This document shows, piece by piece, positions 1-10,054 of a stretch of DNA of 64,000 bases; position 1 is the stretch's first letter, and every line of letters starts with the position of its first letter. Source of the stretch: Pseudoduganella sp. (GTDB taxonomy: Bacteria; Pseudomonadota; Gammaproteobacteria; Burkholderiales; Burkholderiaceae_D); contig JBCNOP010000003.1 of assembly GCA_039593775.1 (NCBI GenBank), positions 19,521-83,520 of the forward strand. The letters run 5' to 3'. Under the pieces are notes generated by a model. The model searched no databases and was not told the DNA's origin. It saw nothing but the letters and a program-made list of their open reading frames with translations. The translations under genes were made by a program, and so were the position numbers.

Positions 1-506
1 AGCAATAAAGCAGTAAATGCCAGCAGCCAGGCCCAGGAAAATCCCCGGCCAGCCAGCCATGACGCTAGGAAGCCCAACAGGCACATGCCCAGCACGTCGG
101 TCGCCCGGTCCACCACGAAGGCGGCAAGGCTGTGCGGTGCGCGCACGCCTTGTTGCAGCAACAGCGCAGTGCGGAAGGTCTCCCCCGATTTGCCTGGCGT
201 AGCGGTCAGTGCCAACCCAGAAAGATAGATAGCCAAGTGGTGCAAGCGCGGTACCCGGTAGCCGAAACAGCGCAGCACAGCCTCCCAACGCGCAAAGCGC
301 CAGAGGTACGCCGACGAAGCAAGGCCGGCGCCGCCAAGCAGAATGGCGGGACCCAAAGCCGCCAGCGCAGCGGCCGTGTCCTGCCAACCAAACCAGAAAA
401 TGGCCGCAAGGTATAACAGGACACCGGCACTGACGAACAGGACGATTGCCCGGATGATGCGCGGGTCGCCAAGGATGGACTGTATGCGCGCAGCAGTCCG
501 GCTCAT
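1..506 (-). CDS. Lysylphosphatidylglycerol-synthase TM (UPF0104/AglD2-like) flippase-like membrane protein; runs off the window edge
   Basis: Not in the ORF track. Manual translation from ATG 506 (ATGA overlap with gtrA stop) gives [41 protein letters not shown]...LWRFARWEAVL...LTATPGKSGETFR...VVDRATDVLG, with the RxxRW, TPGxxGExxR and (D/E)RxxD motifs of this family. Open to base 1. Confidence 0.8.
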   Translation of the reverse strand, partial: MSRTAARIQSILGDPRIIRAIVLFVSAGVLLYLAAIFWFGWQDTAAALAALGPAILLGGAGLASSAYLWRFARWEAVLRCFGYRVPRLHHLAIYLSGLALTATPGKSGETFRTALLLQQGVRAPHSLAAFVVDRATDVLGMCLLGFLASWLAGRGFSWAWLLAFTALL

Positions 507-892
507 CGGAAGGTCAGGAACTTATGGCCGAAATAGCTGGTCACTACCGGTACCAGTACACCAGCCAGGTGCGCCAACGCCTCGGCGTGCTGCACGATGC
601 CGAGCGACGGCAGCACCCAGCGCGCCAGCAGCAGGCTGATGGCCAGCGTCTGCAGCACGGCCAGCACGTTCACGCCGACAAACTTGCTGACCTGGGAGGC
701 CAGCGCTCCGTCCTGCGCCTTGAACACATGGCCGCGCATCAGGGTGAAAGCGACCAGCATGCCGACTAGATAGGCAAAGAACACCGCCGGTGCGTAATCG
801 AGGAAGGTGCTGAACACGAAGCGCGAGCCGAAGTTTGCGCCTGCGGCGATGCCGCCGGCGACCAGGAAACGCAGGAACTCTTTATTCAGCAT
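503..892 (-). CDS. gtrA: GtrA-family polyprenyl-phosphate-sugar flippase
   Basis: 129 aa, 4 TM; starts '[10 protein letters not shown]', has 'HVFK', ends '[11 protein letters not shown]'. Confidence 0.85.
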   Translation of the reverse strand: MLNKEFLRFLVAGGIAAGANFGSRFVFSTFLDYAPAVFFAYLVGMLVAFTLMRGHVFKAQDGALASQVSKFVGVNVLAVLQTLAISLLLARWVLPSLGIVQHAEALAHLAGVLVPVVTSYFGHKFLTFR

Positions 893-2180
893 GGGCCGCC
901 ATCTTCGCCATATTGCGGCCGAAATCGATGCTCTCCGAGATGCCGCGGTCTTCCGGATAATAGTACGAGGTATCCGCCACCCACAGCCCCTTCACCGGCA
1001 ATGCCACCGGCGGCAGCTTGTCCAGGTAGCCCGGATCGCAAATCGGCTGCGCATAACGGTAACGGCTGGCACGCATGTCGAGGAAGTCTTCGTCGCGCAG
1101 GGCCGGGTTGATCTTCTTCAGGTAGCTGCGCACCTTGTCCAGGAAGACCTGGTCGGCATCGGCGAATTTCGGATGCTCGCCCGGCATGTAGAACGGCACA
1201 TAGGTGATGTGCTCGTCGAGCGGGCGCAGGTTCGAATACTCGACCAGGCCCGGGATGTCCATCTCGGGATCGTTGGTGTTGAGCCAGAAGTTTTCCGTCA
1301 CAGCCTTGCGCAGCTTGGCAATCACGCATACCACAGCGATGTTTTTCACAGCCTGGAACTTGCCCAGCACTTCAGGCGGCAGGTCCGGCATCACGCGCGG
1401 CACGTACGGCAGCGGGATGGTGCTGACCACCTTGTCGAAAGCCTCGAACTTGCCGCCGGCCTCGATGCCGCGCACCTGGCCCTGCTCCATCACGACCTTG
1501 CTGGCCGGCGTGGACAGGCGCACTTCGCCGCCGTGCTTGACGATGTCGTCGCGCATGGCGTTGAGCAGCGTCTCCGAGCCGCCATCGAGGTAGCCCAGCT
1601 TCTCTTCGAACAGGCTGGCGCGCGAAGTGCCGATGCGGCGGATGCGGCTCCAGATCCAGGCCGCCGACAGGTTGCTGCTGTAGTCGTAGAACTTGTAGTC
1701 GAACAGGCGGCGCCACAGCACTTCCCAGGCTTCCTCGCCGACCCAGCGGCGGATCCAGCCGGTCGCTTCAACATTGTCGAGCGGACGCCATTCTTCGCGC
1801 TTGCGCTTGGTGGACAGGAAGGCATGCAAGCCATAGCGGAACTTGGCGATCGGGCTCAGGCCGCGGAACTTCAGCAGCGCGAGCGGGTTGCCCCAGGGCT
1901 GCAGGCGGTTCTGGTACCAGTAGCCCATCTTGGTGGCGACCCAGTGCATCTTCGACTGCAGGCCCAGCTCGTCCAGCACCTGCAGGAAGCCGGTATCGGA
2001 GATGCAGTGGAAGTGGTAATAGCGCTCGATCGACAAGCCTGAAAAATCGAAAGCGGCTGCCATGCCGCCGACGCGGTCATCGGCTTCGAACACCACCGGG
2101 TGGTGGCCATCTCGTGCCAGTTGATACGCGACCGCAAGCCCCATCGGCCCGGCACCCAGGACAGCAATTCGTTGGCCCAT
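882..2180 (-). CDS. FAD-dependent oxidoreductase (amine oxidase/protoporphyrinogen oxidase-like fold) in a glycan locus
   Basis: GAGPMG dinucleotide-binding motif, '[10 protein letters not shown]', 'ERYYHF', C-terminal '[10 protein letters not shown]'. Confidence 0.8.
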   Translation of the reverse strand: MGQRIAVLGAGPMGLAVAYQLARDGHHPVVFEADDRVGGMAAAFDFSGLSIERYYHFHCISDTGFLQVLDELGLQSKMHWVATKMGYWYQNRLQPWGNPLALLKFRGLSPIAKFRYGLHAFLSTKRKREEWRPLDNVEATGWIRRWVGEEAWEVLWRRLFDYKFYDYSSNLSAAWIWSRIRRIGTSRASLFEEKLGYLDGGSETLLNAMRDDIVKHGGEVRLSTPASKVVMEQGQVRGIEAGGKFEAFDKVVSTIPLPYVPRVMPDLPPEVLGKFQAVKNIAVVCVIAKLRKAVTENFWLNTNDPEMDIPGLVEYSNLRPLDEHITYVPFYMPGEHPKFADADQVFLDKVRSYLKKINPALRDEDFLDMRASRYRYAQPICDPGYLDKLPPVALPVKGLWVADTSYYYPEDRGISESIDFGRNMAKMAAHAE

Positions 2181-2182
2181 AG

Positions 2183-3130
2183 TCAGAATTCCAGAATAAT
2201 CGAGTTGTAACGCGCGTCGTTGAACGTCGCATCAAGGGCTTTGTCGAACGGCGTGTAGGGAACGCCGAACTTGCCGGGCCAGTCGATCACTTCGAACTCG
2301 TCCTTGGCGCTCAGCGCAGTAAGTTGCTGGGTGGTGAATGGCGGTTTTTTATCAAACAGCGACCAGGTCCAGATCAACGCATAGAACAAGCCATAAGGGA
2401 TCTTGACGATAGGCGTCCTGGTGCCAGTGGTCTTCTTGATCATGCGGATGATGTCGATGTAGTCGATCTTTTCATGGCCTGAAATATTGAAAATGCCGCC
2501 CGCAATGCGCTGCTCGAAACAGCTGATGATAATGTCCGAAAAATCGCGCGCCCACAGCGGCTGGCGCATGTAGCGACCGTGCCCTGGTATCGGGAATACC
2601 GGTACCTTCTTCATAAAGCGCGACAGCCAGCCCAGGTGTTTCCGGTCGAACCAGCCAAACATCAAGGTCGGGCGCAAGATCGGGCACTCGATGCCGCTGG
2701 CAAGGACCACTTGTTCCTGCTCGATCTTGCTGCGCGTGTAAAAGTCGTCTGCGACCGAACATACGACCGACGAACTGATATGTACCAGGTAGGGCTGCTT
2801 CGGGCTCGCCTTGATCAAGTCAAGAATATGTTTGGTCGAATCGATGTTATTGCGCTGGAAGTCCCTGTAGTCCAGGCCACCTATCTGCGCTTGCAGCATC
2901 AGCACCACATCAGCGCCATCGAAATGGCGCATCCATTCGCCGGGTTCGGCCAGGTCGGCGTACACGCAAGTAATACCGGGCTGTGCCTTCTTCAAGATAT
3001 CGAGGTTGGCCTGATGCTTGTCGAGCACAACCAGATTAGTGTAGCCGCGGTCAATCAAGCGTGCCACCAGGTTTTGGCCCACCAGGCCAGCGCCACCAGG
3101 CAAAAGTATTTTTTGGTCGAGAGAACTCAT
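2183..3130 (-). CDS. NAD-dependent epimerase/dehydratase (extended SDR)
   Basis: GGAGLVG, 'HISSS', YTRSK (YxxxK). Start moved to ATG 3130 (MSSLDQK). Confidence 0.85.
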   Translation of the reverse strand: MSSLDQKILLPGGAGLVGQNLVARLIDRGYTNLVVLDKHQANLDILKKAQPGITCVYADLAEPGEWMRHFDGADVVLMLQAQIGGLDYRDFQRNNIDSTKHILDLIKASPKQPYLVHISSSVVCSVADDFYTRSKIEQEQVVLASGIECPILRPTLMFGWFDRKHLGWLSRFMKKVPVFPIPGHGRYMRQPLWARDFSDIIISCFEQRIAGGIFNISGHEKIDYIDIIRMIKKTTGTRTPIVKIPYGLFYALIWTWSLFDKKPPFTTQQLTALSAKDEFEVIDWPGKFGVPYTPFDKALDATFNDARYNSIILEF

Positions 3131-3170
3131 AAACAATCCTGTATAAAGATAATCACTTCGCGGCGACCGA

Positions 3171-4814
3171 TCAGTCGCTCTTGATGGCGACAGCCGACCA
3201 TTCGCCCCAGCCTTGCCCGGTGTCACTGATGCGCAGTGTGAACTCTTCCGGCAAGCGTTGATTTGCGAATTCCAGTGTCACCCAATCAGAGGCCTTGGGC
3301 AGTTGCGCGGAAAACTCGCGCTCATGGCCAACGACCTGCATCGTTTGTCCGTCGCGTCCTGGGCCCGAACGATACAAAATACTGCCGCCACGGCGCACTT
3401 TCAGCAGTACTTCGCCAGTGGCGGCGTCGCCACGCTCCGTATAGCTGCCCAGCACCCGGTATCCTTCAAGCGTTGATTTCGCAAAATCCGTGCCGTCCAT
3501 CGTGCTGCTTACCAGTTCTGCATGCCCTGCAGAGGGTCGTTGCGGGAGGGCCGTGTAAGCGAACAGCGGCGGCACAGTTTGCGCCACGCCATCAAACAAT
3601 GCGCGCCCGGTGAGCGCCCGGCAATTCTCGCCACTCAAGAGTAGTTCCCATGCCCGGTTACGGTTGCCATCGAAATGCACAGGCAGCGCATAATTCGAGA
3701 AGTACTGACAGCTCAGCAAGTGTTCGCGCCATTGCAAATTGTCATGGCTGCGCGACCAGACCGGCACGGCATTCGCTACTGCAACGGCCAACAAGGCGCC
3801 CATCAGGGCCCGTGCCGTGGTCCTGGTCAAGCCAGCGCCAAACTGGATCAAAACCCAGAACAGCAAGATGAACGGGAAGAAGAAGTAGCGTGGCCCGGCC
3901 CAGTGCGGATGCATAATTGCAGGATCGACACGCGCTACCGACAGGCCGATTGCCCCCAGCAGCAGGTACATCAGCACCCAGGCACTGACACGCACTCGAG
4001 ACCGGATCAGCCACATTGCCGTCAGCCCCGTTAAACCGACACCAACAATCCACAATCCTGGAATCGTACGAAGCAAATTACCAATCAAGAAATTGCCAAA
4101 GAATGTAGGGACAACATTCAGGAGCACAGACTTGATTGGCGGTACACTGCCCGCAGAGCCCGCAACCATGAAGTATACCTGCACTGCAGTGACCAGAGTC
4201 GCTACTACAGCAAGGACCAGTTCGACCCGCTGGCGACGATACATCGCGGCACGCAGCCACAGCACAGGCAGCACCATCACGATGACCGGCGAGGACAGCC
4301 CTGCGAGCAACAGGAACAGCAAGCGCCAACCCAATGCCGGCGTTTGCTCGTCCCATAGCGCCAGCAAGAACAACAAGATCGAGGCCCACCAAAAAGTGTA
4401 AAGCGGTAGCGCGAACACTTCCGGATCACATGGGATCACAAAGATCGACAGCGCGCACAGCGCCTTGGCCTGCAATTTGGTCGGCGACATCGCAATGGCA
4501 ACACCCACCAGAGCGATGAACAGCGCCGACAGCATTGTACTCACCATCGGGTAAGCGGCCGCCGACAAGGTCATCGACAGCATGCTGATCAATTTCGGCA
4601 CCGTGACGAGATAGCCATTGACTGGCACGATCAGCGATGACCAACCCTGTTCGACAAATGCCCGGATGATCTGCGTACCATCTTCGTCCCAGACCTGGGG
4701 AGACGTAAATTGCATGCTGCGGCGGCTTGCCAGCAGCAATACAAATACGAGCATCATGAGAATGCCACACTGCCAACGCGGCAAGCGCTCTCGCAAGGAA
4801 GAGAAATACATCAT
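3171..4814 (-). CDS. Polytopic membrane protein, putative GT-C glycosyltransferase with C-terminal periplasmic domain
   Basis: About 10-11 hydrophobic segments; acidic 'WDEDG' in the first external loop; 'GPRYFFFP'; soluble C-terminal domain; located inside the lipid-sugar donor operon. Confidence 0.6.
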   Translation of the reverse strand: MMYFSSLRERLPRWQCGILMMLVFVLLLASRRSMQFTSPQVWDEDGTQIIRAFVEQGWSSLIVPVNGYLVTVPKLISMLSMTLSAAAYPMVSTMLSALFIALVGVAIAMSPTKLQAKALCALSIFVIPCDPEVFALPLYTFWWASILLFLLALWDEQTPALGWRLLFLLLAGLSSPVIVMVLPVLWLRAAMYRRQRVELVLAVVATLVTAVQVYFMVAGSAGSVPPIKSVLLNVVPTFFGNFLIGNLLRTIPGLWIVGVGLTGLTAMWLIRSRVRVSAWVLMYLLLGAIGLSVARVDPAIMHPHWAGPRYFFFPFILLFWVLIQFGAGLTRTTARALMGALLAVAVANAVPVWSRSHDNLQWREHLLSCQYFSNYALPVHFDGNRNRAWELLLSGENCRALTGRALFDGVAQTVPPLFAYTALPQRPSAGHAELVSSTMDGTDFAKSTLEGYRVLGSYTERGDAATGEVLLKVRRGGSILYRSGPGRDGQTMQVVGHEREFSAQLPKASDWVTLEFANQRLPEEFTLRISDTGQGWGEWSAVAIKSD

Positions 4815-4878
4815 GAGTCAGTACGGCCTTTCAAATTGTTTAAAGAGTTTGCTCGCAAAGGTTGTTCAATTTCCCATA

Positions 4879-6588
4879 TCAAGTTGGCGTCTGGAGCTTC
4901 AACTGGCAAACCGGCCCGCCAGGTCCCTCTCCACGCAGCGACAGCTCCGTTCCCGCCGGTGTCGCCAACAAATAGCCTTGATAACCCGCCCGGCGCGCCG
5001 CAGGAGATATAGCTGCAGCGACGTCATCCCTCTGTTTGCCAGTCATCGCATAACCAAACTGTTTGCCATCAGCCCCCAAGATACGCACCGCTTGCGGCAC
5101 CGTGACGTTTGCAGGATCGTAGAGCCAGCCAATGACACGCAAGAAGCGGCTATCGCCCTCAATTACAACTGCAGTATCCAAGGCGCCTTGGCACGCAGGC
5201 AGCGCAACAGGCTCAAACACCGTGCCCATTTGTGCACGCACCCCGCGATAGGGAAACAGGCCAAAGACTGAGCGCCCCTTGTCGGCAGGCTGCTCGGCGA
5301 CCGCAATAACATCGGTGGTGGGGAATACATGGCCAATTTGTGCCTGGTCCTTGACGCGCATTTCAATCGCCAAGGCGGCAACGGCTCGCTCATACATCTC
5401 ATCTTCGTGCGATTGCAGCGCCTTCACCTGGTAAACCAGCATCAGCAAGGTCAGCACTGCCAAGCCCCCCCATGTCCAGCGGCGGCGCTGAGCTGGCAGC
5501 GCAAGCAGCGCTGGAGCATACAGGATCGCCAATGCCGCCCAGGCCATCAGGGCCGGCGTGGTATAGCGGTGGGACAAAGCCTGGTCCAGGCCAAAGAGCG
5601 CGCGCCCCCCCGCGGTGCCAAGTGCTGTGCCGACGATATAGGCGATGAAGGACAACAGCACCAGTTGCACGCTTGCGTGGCGCGACTGGCGCAATTGCAG
5701 CCAGGCGAACCTGGCTGAGCATGCCAAAAAGAACAGACCAGCAAGCTGGGCCATCACCTTGCCGAGCCCTCTTTCGCCCATCGCCAAGTTGAATGGCCCT
5801 CCGAGGTACATAAAGACGTAACGGAACACCCGACCTGGATGTTCACGCAGGGTCAGAGTCACGGAGCCATGCCCGCCAGGCGAAACAAATGCGTGGAAAT
5901 AGGCAAACACCACGACTGCAGCCAAGATCACCAGCACGCTGATGCGCCGCACGCCCTGACGCGTCAGGATGGCATATGCCGCCATGAGAGGCAGGGCCAG
6001 GATGCCATTTGCCATCGTGCCGATGCACAGGACACCAAGCAGGCAAGCCAGGGCGAACAGACCGGTCCCGCCTTGCACCGAGCGGTACAGTACGTACAAG
6101 GCCGTAAGTGGAAGCAACTGAGCCAGGATGAATTGGCTCTGGAAGCCCCACGTCAGGTTTTCATGCTGGCTCCAGAAAAACAGGCAGACAACGAGGAAAG
6201 CCGCCAACGCGTGCTTCTCGAGCGTGCGCTGTGACGTCGCCGTAGCTTCGCGCAGCATGCGGTAGAACAACACACTGCCAGCGGCCACCAACAGGTAATT
6301 CACGACAATCAGGAACCAACCAGTACCACTGAACCAGCTCAAGTCAGCCCAGAAAAACAGGCGCGAAAGTACAATCCGGTGCTCATTATGCTGCCGCCAC
6401 CACGCCTGCCAGCCGTTGCTTGCGACTTCGTCGAGAAATGGCAGGTAGCCGTCCCACATATCCCAGAATGGCACCACAGAGTAGCCGCGAACGCCCCCAA
6501 CGATCGCCAGCGCGACAAAAAGCAGCGCCAGGCTGGTGAGGCCATGGCGCAACAGGCGCTGCTGCGGCGCGGTGGTTGCGACGCTCAT
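4879..6588 (-). CDS. Polytopic membrane protein, putative GT-C glycosyltransferase with C-terminal periplasmic domain
   Basis: 'PFWDMWDGY...QHNEHRIV' first loop, 'ENLTWGFQSQF', 'SHRYTT', many TMs. Start ATG 6588 overlaps the SDR stop (ATGA). Confidence 0.65.
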   Translation of the reverse strand: MSVATTAPQQRLLRHGLTSLALLFVALAIVGGVRGYSVVPFWDMWDGYLPFLDEVASNGWQAWWRQHNEHRIVLSRLFFWADLSWFSGTGWFLIVVNYLLVAAGSVLFYRMLREATATSQRTLEKHALAAFLVVCLFFWSQHENLTWGFQSQFILAQLLPLTALYVLYRSVQGGTGLFALACLLGVLCIGTMANGILALPLMAAYAILTRQGVRRISVLVILAAVVVFAYFHAFVSPGGHGSVTLTLREHPGRVFRYVFMYLGGPFNLAMGERGLGKVMAQLAGLFFLACSARFAWLQLRQSRHASVQLVLLSFIAYIVGTALGTAGGRALFGLDQALSHRYTTPALMAWAALAILYAPALLALPAQRRRWTWGGLAVLTLLMLVYQVKALQSHEDEMYERAVAALAIEMRVKDQAQIGHVFPTTDVIAVAEQPADKGRSVFGLFPYRGVRAQMGTVFEPVALPACQGALDTAVVIEGDSRFLRVIGWLYDPANVTVPQAVRILGADGKQFGYAMTGKQRDDVAAAISPAARRAGYQGYLLATPAGTELSLRGEGPGGPVCQLKLQTPT

Positions 6589-7331
6589 ATGTCCATCCGG
6601 TTGAAAACGAAGCGCGGCAGGTTGGCAATGATCAGCATGATCAGCGCCCACTTGCCCGGCGTGTACAGCACCGGCTGGCCTTTGGCGGTCGCCGCCACGA
6701 TCTGGGCCGCGACGGACTCGACGCTGGCCATGCCGCGCTGTGGCATGTGCGCCGTCATCGGTGTCGCGGTCGGGCCCGGCTTGACCAGCACCACTTTGAC
6801 GGCGGTGCCGGCCAGGCGGTGCTGCAAGCCTTCCGCGTAGCGCGTGACCAGGCCCTTGGCGGCGCCGTAGACGTAATTGGATTTGCGGCCACGCTCGCCG
6901 GCCACCGAACCGATGATGGTCAGAGTGCCGCGGTTGACGCGCTGCATGTGGCCGGCAAACGCTTCGGCAAACAGGGCCGGCGAGACGCCGTTCACATCCA
7001 TGGCCTCGGCCGCCAGCGCCAGGTCGTCCTGGCAGGCTTGCTGGTCGGGCAGCGAACCGTGCGCCACCAGCACGATGTCCGGCACGCCGCCGGCAGCAAT
7101 GCCGTCCACCGTGGCGCGGATCTGCTGCGGATCGCTGAAGTTCGCTTCGATGACGGTGACCTTCGATTGCGGGCTGCGCACGCGCAGGTCGGCTGCCACG
7201 GCTTCGGTCTTTTCACGGTTGCGGCCCAGCAGGGTCAGGTCGAGCGCCTGGCCTGCCGCCCACAAACGGGCGCAGTGTTCCGCCATGGCGGAAGTCGCGC
7301 CGACGATTACGATTTTCTTGTTAGCAGACAC
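6585..7331 (-). CDS. DprE2-like SDR (polyprenylphosphoryl-2-keto-pentofuranose reductase)
   Basis: GATSAMA; 'GSVAGERGRKSNYVYGAAK' matches the DprE2-type signature; directly downstream of the DprE1 homolog. Confidence 0.85.
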   Translation of the reverse strand: MSANKKIVIVGATSAMAEHCARLWAAGQALDLTLLGRNREKTEAVAADLRVRSPQSKVTVIEANFSDPQQIRATVDGIAAGGVPDIVLVAHGSLPDQQACQDDLALAAEAMDVNGVSPALFAEAFAGHMQRVNRGTLTIIGSVAGERGRKSNYVYGAAKGLVTRYAEGLQHRLAGTAVKVVLVKPGPTATPMTAHMPQRGMASVESVAAQIVAATAKGQPVLYTPGKWALIMLIIANLPRFVFNRMDI

Positions 7332-8621
7332 TTATTTCCCCATCAAGCGACGCGACATCGCGGAACTGATGCCAGGGTCGCGGTATTGTAAAAATTCGGC
7401 AAGGCGCGGATAACCGGCCTCGAACAAGGCGCGCGGCATGCGCGCATCCTTGGCCATGTAGATGCGGCCGCCCGCTTCGGCAACGATGGCGTCGAGCCGT
7501 TCGAACAGGCGCAGCGTGCGTTCGCCGCGGTTCGGGAAGTCGAGCGCCAGCGTGACGCCAGGCTGCGGGAAGCTCAGCATGCCCAGCGCTTCGCGTTGGC
7601 CGAAAGTCTTCAGCACAGCCAGGAAGGAACCCTCGCCGCTGTCGCTGATCGCTGCCAGCATGGCCTGCACCGCAGCGCGGCCCACCGCGCGTGGCACCAC
7701 GCTCTGGTACTGGTAGAAGCCGGTGGGACCGTACATCCGGTTCCACTCGTGCAGGTTATCCAACGGATAGAAATAGCTCTCGTAATGCGCCACGCCCTTG
7801 CCGGCCCGGCTCTTCTGCAAGTTGTAATACGCAAAATTGAACGGCGCCAGCGACAGCTTGTTCACCAGCGACAGCGGCGGCACGAAAGGCATGGTGCGCG
7901 CGCGCGGCGCCGGCGCTTCCTTGCCCTCGATGGCGCAATGGTTGGCGCGCAGGAAGATGCCGCGCCCATTGCCGGACAGGCAGTCAATCCACGACACCGT
8001 ATGCTCCCAGTCCGCTTCGGAAGCATCGGACAGTGCGAAGAATTCGTCGAGATTAGTGTACGGCACGGTCTCGGTTTCCAGCCAGGGGCCGGCAACGCGG
8101 CGCAGCTGGATTTCAGCCGTGATAATCACGCCTGTCAGGCCCAGCCCGCCCACCGTGGCCGCAAACCATGCAGTTTCTTGTTCCGGGCCGCACAGGATGC
8201 GGCTGCCATCCGTGCGCAGCAATTCAATGCGGCGTACATGGTCGCCGAAGGAACCAACCGCATGATGGTTCTTGCCATGCACGTCGTTGGCGATGGCGCC
8301 GCCGACGGTGACCAGCTGGGTGCCCGGGGTCACCGGCAGCATCCAGCCGCGCGGAATTGCCAAGCGCTGGATATCGCGCAGCAGGACCCCGGCCTCGCAG
8401 CGCAGCAAGCCAGTTTCCTGGTCGAAGCTGATGAAGCGGTCAAGCCCGGTGGTACGCCACAGCACCCCTCCCGGATTGAGGCAGACATCGCCATAGCTGC
8501 GGCCCATGCCGTGCGCCAGGCCCGGCGCACCGGCCTGCAGCTGGCGCGCCACTTGCGCGCGCTCCGCCAGCGGACGCACCTCGTGCTCCCACTGCCCCAG
8601 CCGTCCCCAGGAAGAAACCAT
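7332..8621 (-). CDS. DprE1-like FAD-linked oxidase (polyprenylphosphoryl-ribose 2'-oxidase)
   Basis: 'GMGRSYGD', 'PVTPGTQLVTVGGAIANDVHGKNHH', 'SFLAVLKTFG', 'LSFP..G.TLALDFP', 'GGRIYMAKDAR'. Start ATG 8621 (TAATG overlap with UbiA stop). Confidence 0.9.
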   Translation of the reverse strand: MVSSWGRLGQWEHEVRPLAERAQVARQLQAGAPGLAHGMGRSYGDVCLNPGGVLWRTTGLDRFISFDQETGLLRCEAGVLLRDIQRLAIPRGWMLPVTPGTQLVTVGGAIANDVHGKNHHAVGSFGDHVRRIELLRTDGSRILCGPEQETAWFAATVGGLGLTGVIITAEIQLRRVAGPWLETETVPYTNLDEFFALSDASEADWEHTVSWIDCLSGNGRGIFLRANHCAIEGKEAPAPRARTMPFVPPLSLVNKLSLAPFNFAYYNLQKSRAGKGVAHYESYFYPLDNLHEWNRMYGPTGFYQYQSVVPRAVGRAAVQAMLAAISDSGEGSFLAVLKTFGQREALGMLSFPQPGVTLALDFPNRGERTLRLFERLDAIVAEAGGRIYMAKDARMPRALFEAGYPRLAEFLQYRDPGISSAMSRRLMGK

Positions 8622-10054
8622 TACCACGGCCACCCTGCCGCGCCCACTGCCAGGACTGCAGCGAAGCAAACGCCGGCGACCAGGCTGGCTTTGTCCTTGA
8701 CCGCAAAGACCAGTGGGTCATCATGCATATGGCCGCGATGCGCCTGCATCCACATCCAGCTGACCCAGAACAGCATAACCGGCACCGCGCCCCATACGAT
8801 TTCAGGCGTGCGGTACAACATCACCACCGCATCGCTATTCAGGTACAGCGCCAACACCACCAGCGCAGCGTAGCCCGCACTGACGCCCAGCATCTGGATC
8901 AGCGGGGCATCGGTGGTGTAGTAGCCGCGGCCATGCGCCTTCTTTTTGCCGTGCAAGACTTGCACCTGCAGTTCCGCATAGCGCTTGACAAAGGCCAGCG
9001 ACAGGAACAGGAACACAGAGAAGGCCAGCAGCCAGAACGACAACGGCATGCCCAGTGCGGCAGCGCCGGCAATGATGCGCAAGGTATACAGCAGCGCCAG
9101 CGTCACGCAATCGACCAGCATCAGCCGCTTGAGCAGCCACGAATAGGCGCAAGTCAGCAGGAAGTAGCCGGCCAGCCAGGCGCAGAAACTGCCGCCGACC
9201 TGCCAGGCCACGGCTGCACTGGCAAGCAGCAGCAACGGTGCGCACAGCACGCCCTGCCAGGCCGGCACCTGGCCGCTGGCGAAGGGGCGGTTGCGCTTGC
9301 GCGGGTGCTGGCGATCGCTCTCCAGGTCGAGCAAATCATTTGCGATATACACCGAGGAAGCGCACAGGCTGAAGGCAATGAACGCCAGCAGCAGCGGCAT
9401 CCAGTTGCCCGGGTCCATGAATTGATGGGCGGCGAACAGCGGCACGAACAGCAGCAGGTTCTTCAGCCATTGGTGCACGCGCAGCACGCGGCGCCAGGCG
9501 GTGAAGCCGGCGCCCGGGGCGGCGAAGGAACGCTCCACTTCGCAGCATTTGGCTGCACGCCGCGCCAACTCGGGCGGCGCGTTGACCACCACGGCGCGGC
9601 GCGCGCTGCGCCACACCGGCAGGTCGGCATGCGAGTTGCCGGCATAGTCGTAGCCGGCCTGGCCGAAGCGCTGCACCAGCGCGTCCGCCTTGTTCTTGCC
9701 TGCCAGGTTGACCTGGCCGTCGCTGGCCATGACTTCGTCGAACACGCCGAGGTGGTCGGCGATGGCGTTGGCGATCGACTGGTCGGAGGCGGTGCACAGG
9801 ATCAGCTTGCGGCCATTGCTGCGCTCCTGGCGCAGCCACTCCAGCAAGGCGGTGTTATACGGCAGCGAGGTCGCATCAAATTCGCCATGCTGCGCCAGGC
9901 GGCGCTTGAGCACGGCCTTGCCGCGCGCCAGCAGGAAAGGGATGCGCAGCACTTCGAATGGCTTGTCGCGCAAGGTGCGCAGCGCCGACTCGTGCAGCAT
10001 ATCGGTGTGGATCAACGTACCGTCGAGGTCGATGATGAGAGGCAGCATGCTCAT
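8621..10054 (-). CDS. HAD phosphatase / UbiA-family polyprenyl-phosphate phosphoribosyltransferase fusion
   Basis: N-terminal HAD motif 'IDLDGTL...CTAS...GNSHAD'. C-terminal 'RVHQWLKNLLLF', 'YIANDLLDLESDRQHPRKRNRPFASG' and 'HDDP' typical of DPPR-synthase-type UbiA proteins. Confidence 0.9.
   Translation of the reverse strand: MSMLPLIIDLDGTLIHTDMLHESALRTLRDKPFEVLRIPFLLARGKAVLKRRLAQHGEFDATSLPYNTALLEWLRQERSNGRKLILCTASDQSIANAIADHLGVFDEVMASDGQVNLAGKNKADALVQRFGQAGYDYAGNSHADLPVWRSARRAVVVNAPPELARRAAKCCEVERSFAAPGAGFTAWRRVLRVHQWLKNLLLFVPLFAAHQFMDPGNWMPLLLAFIAFSLCASSVYIANDLLDLESDRQHPRKRNRPFASGQVPAWQGVLCAPLLLLASAAVAWQVGGSFCAWLAGYFLLTCAYSWLLKRLMLVDCVTLALLYTLRIIAGAAALGMPLSFWLLAFSVFLFLSLAFVKRYAELQVQVLHGKKKAHGRGYYTTDAPLIQMLGVSAGYAALVVLALYLNSDAVVMLYRTPEIVWGAVPVMLFWVSWMWMQAHRGHMHDDPLVFAVKDKASLVAGVCFAAVLAVGAAGWPW

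Noticed and set aside
882-2180. Calling this gene protoporphyrinogen oxidase or UDP-galactopyranose mutase
   Set aside because: Only the FAD-binding fold is shared; the context is a lipid-linked sugar operon and I did not see Glf-specific motifs.
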